From Dehalococcoidia bacterium (GTDB lineage Bacteria > Chloroflexota > Dehalococcoidia > Lucifugimonadales > CAUZJF01), in contig CBDFGS010000007.1 of assembly GCA_965247255.1 (NCBI GenBank), positions 48,216-112,215 of the forward strand: a DNA stretch of 64,000 nt, read 5' to 3'. This document shows, piece after piece, positions 27,855 to 36,242 of this stretch. A model generated the notes under the pieces. It saw only the letters and a list, made by a program, of their open reading frames with translations, had not been told where the DNA came from and ran no database searches. Both the position numbers and the translations under genes were made by a program. The number at the start of each line of letters is the position of its first letter. The first letter of the stretch is position 1.

Positions 27855-28205
27855 TTGGGCACATTCACTTATCGCATTACACTGCGCTCGGCGATCGGGG
27901 ACAACTCGGAGGAGCTAGAGGCGCTTGTCGACACACAAATGCCCTTCGCAATGATGCCTACCCCTGTCCTGGAGCGACTCGGTGTGCGGCGGCACCGAAC
28001 CATCGAATTCCGGGCCGGTGGGAGCAGAAAGCGACGCACTATAGGCCAAGCGAAGGCGACGCTCGAAAACCAGACGAGCACGATTCTTTGCGTATTTGGC
28101 GAAGCGGATTCCAAGCCCATGATCGGAACACTTACTCTGGAGACCTTCCTCCTCGAGGTCGATCGCGAAAAAGGGCGGCTAGTCACCAAGATTGGGTATC
28201 TGTAA
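27855..28205 (+). CDS. Retropepsin-like protein, paralog of 623-979 with DTQ in place of DTG
   Basis: EALVDTQMPFAMMPTPVLERLGV aligns with QALVDTGSTYTWVPARFLERLDV. The start is tentatively the TTG at 27855 (AGGTGG upstream). The listed ORF starts at 27810. Confidence 0.5.
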   Translation: MGTFTYRITLRSAIGDNSEELEALVDTQMPFAMMPTPVLERLGVRRHRTIEFRAGGSRKRRTIGQAKATLENQTSTILCVFGEADSKPMIGTLTLETFLLEVDREKGRLVTKIGYL

Positions 28206-28214
28206 ACAAGCCCC

Positions 28215-30215
28215 ATGCCTGAGTTCAAACTAGTAGCGGACTTCACGGCGACCGGAGACCAGCCTCAGGCCATCGACAAGCTGGTCGATGGCGTCGAGCG
28301 AGGGCTCAGACACCAGACCCTGCTCGGCGTGACGGGCAGCGGCAAGACGTTCACGATGGCATCCGTGGTCGAGCGTCTGCAGCGCCCCACGCTGGTGATC
28401 GCTCACAACAAGACCCTCGCCGCGCAACTCACCACCGAGTTCCAGGGGTTCTTCCCTGAGAACGCGGTCGAGTACTTCGTCAGCTATTACGACTACTACC
28501 AGCCCGAGGCGTACGTCCCCCGCACCGACACGTACATCGAGAAGGACGCCGATATTAACGAGCAACTCGACAAGCTCCGGCACTCGGCGACCAGGTCACT
28601 GCTCACGCGTCGAGACGTGATCATAGTCGCGTCCGTGTCGTGCATCTTCGGTCTAGGTTCGCCGGCGGAGTACCAGAGCTTCGTGGCCTATGTGCGACGC
28701 GGCGAGCGCAAGGACCGCAAACGCCTGGTCCGCGAGCTGGTCGACATGCAATACGAACGCAACGACATGGAGCTGTCGCGAGGCCGCTTCCGTGTCCGCG
28801 GCGACACCCTGGAGATTCTGCCGGCTTACGAGGAGATCGGCATCCGCATCGAGTTCTGGGGCGACGACGTCGAGCGCATCGTGCAGCTCGACCCCCTTAC
28901 GGGTGAGATACTGGGGGAGCGCGACGATATCGAGATATACCCCGCCAAACACTTTGTTACTTCCGAGGAGAAGCTCCAGACTGCGATTTCAGCCATAGAG
29001 GCTGAGCTCGAGGAGCACCTGCCGCGTCTTAAGGCCGATGAGAAGCTGCTGGAGGCGCAACGCCTGGAGTCGCGCACTCGCTACGACCTGGAGATGCTCC
29101 GGGAAACGGGGTACTGCTCAGGCATCGAGAACTACTCGCTTCACCTGTCCCAGCGCACGTCCGGGAGCACCCCCTACACAATGATGGACTACGTGCCTGA
29201 TGACTACTTGCTGTTCATCGACGAGTCACACATGACGCTCCCCCAGATAAGGGCGATGCACGGCGGCGACAAGTCGCGTAAGGAGGTCCTGGTCGAGTAC
29301 GGTTTCAGGCTGCCTTCTGCAATGGACAACCGGCCGCTGAACTTCGACGAGTTTCAGGAGCGCGTAAACACCGCCGTCTACGTCTCCGCGACCCCAGGCC
29401 CTTACGAGTACGAGCACTCCGAACAGGTAGCCGAGCAGGTCATCAGGCCGACCGGGCTCGGGGACCCCACCCTCGAGGTCAAGCCTACCACCGGTCAGAT
29501 AGACGATCTCCTGTATCAGATAGGCCTCCGCATAGAGCGCAAGGAGCGGACCCTCGTGACCACGCTGACCAAGAGGATGGCGGAGGAGCTGGCGGACTAC
29601 CTGAGGGAGGCGGGCATCAAGACGCATCACCTGCACTCGGAGGTCGACACCCTGGAACGGAGCGAGGTCTTGCGCGACCTGCGTCTTGGCGTATACGACG
29701 TGGTGGTGGGTATTAACCTCCTCCGGGAAGGCCTCGACCTCCCTGAGGTAAGCCTCGTCGCAATACTGGACGCCGATAAGGAAGGATTCCTGCGCTCGTC
29801 GACCTCGCTCGTCCAGACCATAGGGCGAGCCGCGAGGCACGTCGACGGCCACGTAATCATGTACGCCGACGTAATTACCGACTCCATGCGCCGCGCCATC
29901 GACGAGACCGACAGGCGCAGGGAGTTGCAGCACGAATACAACCGCGAGCACGGTATCACGCCGCAGAGCATCCGCAAGAGCATCCACGACATCACCGAGC
30001 GCGTAATGGCCATAGCCGAGACCAAGACCCCGTATGTCGTCAAGGACGACCTGCCCAAAGCCGACCTGCTGCGGCTTATCAAGGACCTCGAGGGGCAGAT
30101 GAAGTCGGCCTCCCGCGACCTGGAGTTCGAGAAGGCCGCGCTCCTCAGAGACCAGATCGTGGACCTGCGCAAGCTGATGATCGAAGATAAGGTCCCAGCG
30201 GCGCCCGTCGGGTAG
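28215..30215 (+). CDS. uvrB: Excinuclease ABC subunit B
   Basis: 666 aa with [12 protein letters not shown] (Walker A), the [10 protein letters not shown] beta-hairpin region, helicase motifs and the C-terminal UVR domain ([13 protein letters not shown]). Confidence 0.95.
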   Translation: MPEFKLVADFTATGDQPQAIDKLVDGVERGLRHQTLLGVTGSGKTFTMASVVERLQRPTLVIAHNKTLAAQLTTEFQGFFPENAVEYFVSYYDYYQPEAYVPRTDTYIEKDADINEQLDKLRHSATRSLLTRRDVIIVASVSCIFGLGSPAEYQSFVAYVRRGERKDRKRLVRELVDMQYERNDMELSRGRFRVRGDTLEILPAYEEIGIRIEFWGDDVERIVQLDPLTGEILGERDDIEIYPAKHFVTSEEKLQTAISAIEAELEEHLPRLKADEKLLEAQRLESRTRYDLEMLRETGYCSGIENYSLHLSQRTSGSTPYTMMDYVPDDYLLFIDESHMTLPQIRAMHGGDKSRKEVLVEYGFRLPSAMDNRPLNFDEFQERVNTAVYVSATPGPYEYEHSEQVAEQVIRPTGLGDPTLEVKPTTGQIDDLLYQIGLRIERKERTLVTTLTKRMAEELADYLREAGIKTHHLHSEVDTLERSEVLRDLRLGVYDVVVGINLLREGLDLPEVSLVAILDADKEGFLRSSTSLVQTIGRAARHVDGHVIMYADVITDSMRRAIDETDRRRELQHEYNREHGITPQSIRKSIHDITERVMAIAETKTPYVVKDDLPKADLLRLIKDLEGQMKSASRDLEFEKAALLRDQIVDLRKLMIEDKVPAAPVG

Positions 30216-30320
30216 CCGAGGCGGTCCCACCCTCACCGTCGCGCGGCAACGAGTCCTCACAGCCTGTCTTCTCAGCCTTCGCGGACGGAAAACATGCATT
30301 CCATGCAGGCATGCGTTTTA

Positions 30321-30349
30321 TTGACACGCCTCGCAGCGAAGCATAAAAT
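30321..30349 (+). promoter_or_regulatory. Near-consensus sigma70-type promoter for the DUF59-mrp operon
   Basis: TTGACA-N17-TAAAAT, with the -10 ending 84 nt upstream of the ATG at 30434. Confidence 0.5.
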
Positions 30350-30378
30350 GGTGAAGTATCCAGCCAAGCACGTCTTCC

Positions 30379-30404
30379 GTAGGGGCAGGTTTCATCCCTG
30401 CCCT
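30379..30404 (+). repeat. Variant of palindromic element (GTAGGGGCAGGTTTCATCCCTGCCCT) in predicted 5' UTR
   Basis: The GGGCAGG/CCTGCCC arms can pair. It is related to 30778-30802 and 16463-16491. Confidence 0.65.
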
Positions 30405-30433
30405 CGCAGAACCCGCAATAGGAGACCCCGCCC

Positions 30434-30748
30434 ATGGCCGAGACATCGACCCTGACCAAAGAATCCGTCCTTGAGGCGCTCAAGGACGTCTACGATCCTG
30501 AGATCCCCGTTAACGTCGTGGACCTGGGCCTGGTTTACGGCTGCGAGGTCGACGAGGGCGACGTCAGCATCAAGATGACCCTCACATTCCCGGGCTGCGG
30601 CATGGGACCCTATATCGCCCAGCAGGCCGAGTGGCGCATCGCCGAGATCGAGGACGTGGAAGACGTCGAGGTCGAGATGGTCTACGAACCCGCGTGGAGC
30701 CCGGACCTGATCTCCGAAGAGGGCAAAGCCCAACTGGGACTCGACTGA
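30434..30748 (+). CDS. DUF59/MIP18-family Fe-S cluster assembly protein (SufT/PaaD-like)
   Basis: 104 aa (VLEALKDVYDPEIPVNVVDLGLVY; MTLTFPGCGMG). Confidence 0.8.
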   Translation: MAETSTLTKESVLEALKDVYDPEIPVNVVDLGLVYGCEVDEGDVSIKMTLTFPGCGMGPYIAQQAEWRIAEIEDVEDVEVEMVYEPAWSPDLISEEGKAQLGLD

Positions 30749-30777
30749 GCCAAAGCGGCGGCGTAGCGACATTGTGC

Positions 30778-30802
30778 AGGGGCAGGTTTGAAACCTGCCC
30801 CT
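30778..30802 (+). repeat. Perfect palindromic element AGGGGCAGGTTTGAAACCTGCCCCT
   Basis: 12-nt arms are exact reverse complements. It lies in the DUF59-mrp spacer. Confidence 0.8.
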
Positions 30803-30843
30803 ACGTTTGAAAACCGTGGGTGAAAGCCGTGGGAGTTGAATAG

Positions 30844-31677
30844 ATGACGCAGCCACAACCCATCCCCCAGGCCGCGCAGGCCCGCGCCAAGATCGACCAG
30901 ATGAAACGCGCTTTCGAGCAGAAGCGCGCCATCTCCGAGAGCCTAGCGACCATCAAGGCGACGGTCGGCGTCTATAGCGGCAAGGGAGGCGTCGGCAAGA
31001 CCACCGTAGCCGTCAACCTCGCGGTGACGCTGGCCCAGGACGGGGCGAACGTCGGGATCCTCGACGTGGACATCGACTGCCCTAACGTGGTGAGGGCGAT
31101 GAAGGTGGGCGAGCCGCCTGTCGTCGGCGACGACAAGAAGCTGGTCCCGCCGGAGCGCTTCGGCGTCCGCGTGATGTCCATGGGCTTCTTCCAAGAGAAG
31201 GAAGAGGAGGCGATAATCTGGCGCGGCCCGATGATCCACAACGCCATCAACCAGCTGCTCCAGAGCACCGCCTGGGGCGAGCTGGACTACTTGGTCATCG
31301 ATCTGCCGCCGGGCACCTCGGACTCGCCGCTCACAGTCATGCAGGCGCTGAGCGTCGACGGCTTCATCGTCGTGACCTCGCCGCAGGAGCTCGCCAAGAT
31401 CGACGCGATGCGCTCGATCAACATGATACGCAAGCTAAAGGTCAACGTCCTGGGAATCGTCGAGAACTTCGCGGGCGACGTGTTCGGCTCCGGGGCCGGA
31501 GAGGACCTGGCCGGCGAGATGGACCTGCCGTTCCTCGGCCGCATCAAGATGCGCAAGGATTACCGCGACACCTCCAAGCCGACGGTACTCAACAGCAAAG
31601 ACGTGCTGACCGAGTACCGGCAGATCGCCCAGCAAGCCAAGAACGAGCTCGAAAAGGCGACCGCCGGCGCGGCTTGA
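30844..31677 (+). CDS. apbC: Mrp/NBP35/ApbC-family Fe-S cluster carrier ATPase
   Basis: GKGGVGKTTVAVNLA (deviant Walker A), MSMGFF, and DYLVIDLPPGTSD. Confidence 0.9.
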   Translation: MTQPQPIPQAAQARAKIDQMKRAFEQKRAISESLATIKATVGVYSGKGGVGKTTVAVNLAVTLAQDGANVGILDVDIDCPNVVRAMKVGEPPVVGDDKKLVPPERFGVRVMSMGFFQEKEEEAIIWRGPMIHNAINQLLQSTAWGELDYLVIDLPPGTSDSPLTVMQALSVDGFIVVTSPQELAKIDAMRSINMIRKLKVNVLGIVENFAGDVFGSGAGEDLAGEMDLPFLGRIKMRKDYRDTSKPTVLNSKDVLTEYRQIAQQAKNELEKATAGAA

Positions 31678-31877
31678 CACCCCGCCAACACAGCCAGCTT
31701 CGATTGCCGAGTTGGCATCCGGAGCTGAATGGCTTCGAGTTGGGTTGCCTCGCAGTCCTCGATACTGACACGGGCAATCTGCGCCCCGTCACAGATGGAT
31801 GGATGGCGGATTTCCACACGAAATACTTCGACTTCGACACTTGGTTCGAGGACTTCGGGCACGCCACCATAGGGTGA
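31674..31877 (+). CDS. Small hypothetical protein (67 aa)
   Basis: The TTG start overlaps the mrp TGA (TTGA at 31674-31677). No motif recognised, so coding status is uncertain. Confidence 0.3.
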   Translation: MTPRQHSQLRLPSWHPELNGFELGCLAVLDTDTGNLRPVTDGWMADFHTKYFDFDTWFEDFGHATIG

Positions 31878-31899
31878 ACTGATCACCCACGTTCCGGCT

Positions 31900-33102
31900 C
31901 TAACGCGCTGACGTTAGGACGGTTTCGGCCAAATATCCGGCCGTCTCGCTTAAAGCCTGCCCTCGAGTTCGTGAGATTATTGCGTTGCCAAGGACAGCGA
32001 CAAACACCTCCTCCTCAATGTACCAGCGCACGCGCACGCCTTCGGCGCCGTGTAGGACCCATCGCCCGCGAGGAAAGTCTCCGTAGTACCAGCCATAGCC
32101 GATGTCTCGCCGAATGTCGCGCGCAAACATCTTTGTGATGGAGTCTTTGCTCAACAGCTTTCCGGGTCTCAGCGCTTGGCCCCACAGGTAAAGGTCTTCG
32201 ACGGTGGTGCACATCGGGCCGCCGTACGCGCCGACGGTTGCGTCCATGTACGCCGCCACGGGCGTGAGGTCAATCTGGTACGCGACAGCCGTGCCGGCGG
32301 GCCTGTTGGAGCCGCAGTAGCTTGTATTCGCCATCCCCAACCGCCGTAGAATCTCATCTTCCACGAACTGCTCATACGGCTTCCCGGTCAGCTCTTCGAC
32401 CAACAGCGCGAACACGACCTGGTTTGAAATCGTGACGCCGTGATTCCCGCCGGGAGCGAACTCAAGCGGCTTGCCTTTGAACGACTCGACCACATCTTCG
32501 ACCTTGAGCGGCAGGACCTTTCTCAGTTCGTCGTCGGCTAAGAACCTCGAGGCCGCCTCGACTCCCGTAGCCCGCGACCCCCTTGTACCAATCGGAGAAA
32601 GTGGGCCGGGCAGGCCCGAGGTATGAGTTAGCAGGTGATGAACGGTGACGCTCTCGTCGATTCCATACTCTGGCAGGTATCTGGCAACAGGCTGGTCGAC
32701 ATTCAGCAATCCCCGCTCCTGCAAGAGCATGGCGGCCATTCCCCTGAACGCTTCGTCGAACCACGCGCTGACGGGGAATACTGTCTGAGGAGTGTTTGGG
32801 ACGAGGTCTTGGAAGTCCGCCATCCCGTAGCCCTTGCTGATTAGGATCTCTTCGCCTCGGGATACGAGGACTGCTCCGCCGAGAAATTGTCTCGTAATAC
32901 GGGTGAAGAACTCGTCCACCGTCGCCAGGAGCTCCTCGTTTGGGACCGGGGTGGGCACCGTTGTCGGCTGGCGCTGTTGGCTCAGAGCGGGAGCGACCGT
33001 GGCCTGCGGACCCTCTTGGGGGCCACTGCAGCCTAACAGCGACAACGCCACCATCGCCGCGATGAGGGCCAGTTCCAGGGTGTACCCAGCTTGCGTTCCC
33101 AT
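31900..33102 (-). CDS. Beta-lactamase-fold (serine hydrolase family) lipoprotein lacking canonical SxxK and YxN motifs
   Basis: The start is at MGTQAGY..LSLLGCSG (lipobox). Family landmarks LLTHTSGL and LTGKPYEQF are present. The expected SxxK site reads PVSAWFD and the YxN site reads TISN. The maximal ORF (to 33435) runs through repeats. Confidence 0.75.
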   Translation of the reverse strand: MGTQAGYTLELALIAAMVALSLLGCSGPQEGPQATVAPALSQQRQPTTVPTPVPNEELLATVDEFFTRITRQFLGGAVLVSRGEEILISKGYGMADFQDLVPNTPQTVFPVSAWFDEAFRGMAAMLLQERGLLNVDQPVARYLPEYGIDESVTVHHLLTHTSGLPGPLSPIGTRGSRATGVEAASRFLADDELRKVLPLKVEDVVESFKGKPLEFAPGGNHGVTISNQVVFALLVEELTGKPYEQFVEDEILRRLGMANTSYCGSNRPAGTAVAYQIDLTPVAAYMDATVGAYGGPMCTTVEDLYLWGQALRPGKLLSKDSITKMFARDIRRDIGYGWYYGDFPRGRWVLHGAEGVRVRWYIEEEVFVAVLGNAIISRTRGQALSETAGYLAETVLTSAR

Positions 33103-33399
33103 AGTGCGTCTACAGTAACAGACCGCTGGAGCGTAAAGAAACGCGGGGCGCTCGCCGAGCGCTGGCGGTAGCCTTTTGCGTTCAACTCCCCGCCAGGCAC
33201 ATCCTAAGCACAGCAATGCTGTCGTTCTGAGCGGAGCGAAGAACCTGGGGACGTGCGGGCGGTGACCACCGGGATAGTAACTATACCTAAACGTCGCCGG
33301 GGGCTGGTGCTGCGCGCTGGTGCTGCGCCCTGGGCGGGCCTCGCGAAACCCCTGAACGAGAGCCTTTAGGAGATACGGGATTTGAGCGTCCCGCGGGAA

Positions 33400-33429
33400 A
33401 TCCCCCTTAATCCCCCTTTTCGAAGGGGG
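33400..33429 (+). repeat. C-tract/G-tract hairpin element, copy 2
   Basis: ATCCCCCTTAATCCCCCTTTTCGAAGGGGG, same family as 12440-12470. Confidence 0.7.
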
Positions 33430-33482
33430 AGACAAGGCTTGCCTCTCCAGACTCCCGGAAACGAGCAGTTACTTGAGAGCCA

Positions 33483-33525
33483 GTCGAAGGACAGATCGCG
33501 CAGAGCGACACTTTTAGTGCAAAGC
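33483..33525 (+). repeat. 43-nt interspersed element (copy 1)
   Basis: GTCGAAGGACAGATCGCGCAGAGCGACACTTTTAGTGCAAAGC, 38/43 identical by manual alignment to 51038-51080. Confidence 0.75.
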
Positions 33526-33591
33526 TGCGCCGCGAAGCAGCGTCGCAGCTATATGAGGGTGTCAGGGCCGCTGCGCCCGTTGCCTTCGCTC

Positions 33592-34362
33592 TTACACCAG
33601 CGGCCAAGGGACATTGTGGTAGGGGTCCAGCTTCGGGATGGCGCGCCTGTCCAGCAGGACCTCGATCCGTTTGCGAAGGGCGCTGCTCTCTCGCTCCGTC
33701 AGGACCTCGGCTAGCTCCTGAGCAAGTGGCTCGTCGGCCCCAAGCCGGCCTGCAACGGCCGTGATATCGTCGAGCAGCGGCTGGGGTATGCGCGCGCCCC
33801 AAAACTCGAGCATCACCGTCCGCAGCTTGAAGTCACTGTGGAACGTCAGGCCGTGGTCGATGCTCCAGATCTGCCCGTCGTCCCCCAGGAGGCAATGCCC
33901 CGCTTTTCGGTCGGCGTTGTTCGTCATCACGTCGAATACTGCGAAGGGCAGTAGCTCCTCAGCTTTGTCGGGCACCAACTCGAAGTAGGTCATTCGGGGT
34001 GCTGACTCGACGAATCGCTGCATGGAGCCAATCCCGTACGGTCCCTCTCTCAAGACGGTAACCGGGACTCTGGGCCAACCCAAGCTGCGGCTCAGAACGT
34101 ACGCGGCGAACTCACGCTTGTACAGAGAGCCGTGGGCGAAGTCGTGCAAGGGCGCCTCGCCATCGCGGGGCTTGTAGACGGCACGGATGTACTGGGCCGG
34201 CCCCGCCGCGATGTGAACGATGAAGGTATAGTTCGAGCCCCAGCGGTTGCGTTCGCCTCCAATGATCTCTCCGTCTCGAAGGACCGAAGCCGCGTCCTCG
34301 TCGGACAGCGCTACCTCGGTGGCGTCAGCGCCATCGGTCTGCTCGGATCCTTGAGGAGGCAA
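33592..34362 (-). CDS. SCO1664-family protein (PI3/4-kinase-like fold)
   Basis: Catalytic-loop-like NNADRKAGHCLL and IWSIDHGLTF. N-terminal GSNYTFIV..AVYKPRDGEAPL. The start is uncertain (TTG at 34362 chosen); the maximal ORF to 34545 overlaps the upstream gene. Confidence 0.7.
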   Translation of the reverse strand: MPPQGSEQTDGADATEVALSDEDAASVLRDGEIIGGERNRWGSNYTFIVHIAAGPAQYIRAVYKPRDGEAPLHDFAHGSLYKREFAAYVLSRSLGWPRVPVTVLREGPYGIGSMQRFVESAPRMTYFELVPDKAEELLPFAVFDVMTNNADRKAGHCLLGDDGQIWSIDHGLTFHSDFKLRTVMLEFWGARIPQPLLDDITAVAGRLGADEPLAQELAEVLTERESSALRKRIEVLLDRRAIPKLDPYHNVPWPLV

Positions 34363-34433
34363 TGCTAGTTTCCCTGGGCAGGCCGCAAAAGGGCGGTGTC
34401 GTTGAGTGGCATGTCGGGAGCCTCGCCGTGAGG

Positions 34434-34955
34434 TTAGAGGTTCGCGATATCGTGCACCCCGTGGCCGTTGGCCCTGGGGCACCGGTGGCCGCTCGGGTCT
34501 AGGGGGCCGCCACACAGCGGACACCTGGGCCGCCCCGCGGCGCACACGCGCACAGCCTCCTCCGCGAAGTCCTTCAGCTGTGGCTTTTCACCCCATATGC
34601 GCAACGTCGGCGCCGCTCCTTCTCCTGACTCCACGTCGTGGGCGTCGATGATTATGTGCTCCGTCGTGCTCTCATGGCCGAGGGCGAGCCTGCCAACCTG
34701 GAACTCCAGGCGTGTCATGGGCGGCGCTTCGCGGCTCTGCAGCGACGCCTCGTCGGCGCTCTTCCCTTCGGAAAGGGACTCGAGGAGCTGTTGGACCCCT
34801 AACGCCAGCTGGAACAGCTGCTCCTTTTCAAGCCACATCACAGCCGAGCTACTGCCGCTGTCAACGAGAATCCGGAAGGTCCGCTTGCCCGGCTCCCCCA
34901 TCGCCTCGGGCCGAAGGCTGCTTATGTTGGTGAACTCCGCGTTCGGGTCTGCCAT
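34434..34955 (-). CDS. DUF3090-family protein
   Basis: MADPNAEF..GEPGKRTFRILV..MWLEKEQL, and a C-terminal zinc-ribbon-like CPLCGGPLDPSGHRCPRANGH. The start is at Met58 of the listed ORF. Confidence 0.75.
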   Translation of the reverse strand: MADPNAEFTNISSLRPEAMGEPGKRTFRILVDSGSSSAVMWLEKEQLFQLALGVQQLLESLSEGKSADEASLQSREAPPMTRLEFQVGRLALGHESTTEHIIIDAHDVESGEGAAPTLRIWGEKPQLKDFAEEAVRVCAAGRPRCPLCGGPLDPSGHRCPRANGHGVHDIANL

Positions 34956-35027
34956 AGTCCTGGCTTCAATGTTATTCTGTTTGATCGTTGGGTCGCAAGC
35001 TGCTGCCATGTATGTTCGAGAAACCAA

Positions 35028-36134
35028 ATGTTGACCAACTCGCCCACCATGCTCGTCTGCATCGACGGGTTCGGCCCCGACTACCTGGAGGCCGGCGAAG
35101 TCCCCAACCTGCGGTCGATGGCTCATGCCGGTTTCCTCAAGTCCGGCCGGTGCATGATGCCGTCAGTGACCAACGTGAACAACGTCTCTATAGTCACCGC
35201 GAGCTACCCCGAGGCCCACGGGATTTGCTCCAATTACGTGCTCGACCGGCCAAAGGGCAAGGAGACCTACATGGAGTCCGGGGAGTACGTCCTGCGCGAG
35301 ACGCTCTTCCAACGCGCAAGCCGGCAAGGCGCGGTTTCAGTCCTGTGCACGGCCAAGGACAAGCTCCGCACCCTGATCGGAAACGGGGCCACGGTCGCGC
35401 TTTCAGCCGAGGCTCCGCCGGACTGGGTCGTGAACGGTGTCGGGCAACCGCCCGAGATCTACTCGGTGGAGGTGAATGGCTGGCTGGTCCGTGCGGCCGG
35501 CTTTGTCGCGGGCCGGCACCATGCCGATCTCGTGTACATCGCGACAACCGACTACGCCATGCACACCTATGCGCCGGAGGAGGCGGAGTCGCAGCGGCAC
35601 ATGTCCATTCTCGACGGCGCTATCGGAGAGCTGGTGGAGTCCCAACCCAACGCTACCGTCCTGCTCACCGCCGATCACGGGATGTCGGCGAAGCGGCGTA
35701 TGGTCGACGTTGGTAGCGCCCTATCGATGCGCGGGATTCGGGCCAACCCCGTGCCTATCATCAAAGACCGCTACACGGCGCATCACAGCAACCTCGGCGG
35801 GAGCATCTACGTTCACCTCGATCAAAGCGACGTCGGCGAGGCGCTTGAGATCCTGCGCGAGATACCGGGGGTCGAGGAGGCGATTCCGCGGGGGGAAGCC
35901 GCGGCGTCGCTGAGGCTGCACCCGGAACGCATCGGCGATATCGTGGTGCTTGGCGAGGAGGACGTGGTCTTCGGCGACCCCGCCGAGACCGCTATGCCTC
36001 CGCGGCTGCGGTCCCACGGGTCTCGACACGAGACCGCGGTGCCTATTCTGGGGTACAACGGTGACTTCGACGGGTTCTCGTTCGAGGAGAACCGCGACGT
36101 GGGGCGCTACGTGTTCGAGCGAGTGCTCGCTTAG
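35028..36134 (+). CDS. Alkaline-phosphatase-superfamily enzyme, phosphonoacetate hydrolase (PhnA)-like
   Basis: VCIDGFGPDYLE, MMPSVTNVNNVSIVTASYPEAHGI (candidate Thr nucleophile) and TAKDKLRTLIG resemble phosphonoacetate hydrolase/NPP-type enzymes. Confidence 0.75.
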   Translation: MLTNSPTMLVCIDGFGPDYLEAGEVPNLRSMAHAGFLKSGRCMMPSVTNVNNVSIVTASYPEAHGICSNYVLDRPKGKETYMESGEYVLRETLFQRASRQGAVSVLCTAKDKLRTLIGNGATVALSAEAPPDWVVNGVGQPPEIYSVEVNGWLVRAAGFVAGRHHADLVYIATTDYAMHTYAPEEAESQRHMSILDGAIGELVESQPNATVLLTADHGMSAKRRMVDVGSALSMRGIRANPVPIIKDRYTAHHSNLGGSIYVHLDQSDVGEALEILREIPGVEEAIPRGEAAASLRLHPERIGDIVVLGEEDVVFGDPAETAMPPRLRSHGSRHETAVPILGYNGDFDGFSFEENRDVGRYVFERVLA

Positions 36135-36242
36135 GCCCAGGCGGATTCTCGAAGAGCCGTCCTCGAACTGCTAGACAGCACTCTATCTCCGAGGATTCTG
36201 TGCGCCCCTGGAGCCGGTCGAAGTGCATGCGGGGCTCGCAGC

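Noticed and set aside
33103-33435. N-terminal 111-codon extension of the beta-lactamase-fold ORF. Similar extensions occur at 34363-34545, 10945-11052, 8662-8859, 51070-51120 and 51962-52075.
   Set aside because: The extensions cross repeat elements or overlap upstream genes and lack homology-like sequence. Internal starts with good ribosome-binding sites and family-typical N-termini are available.
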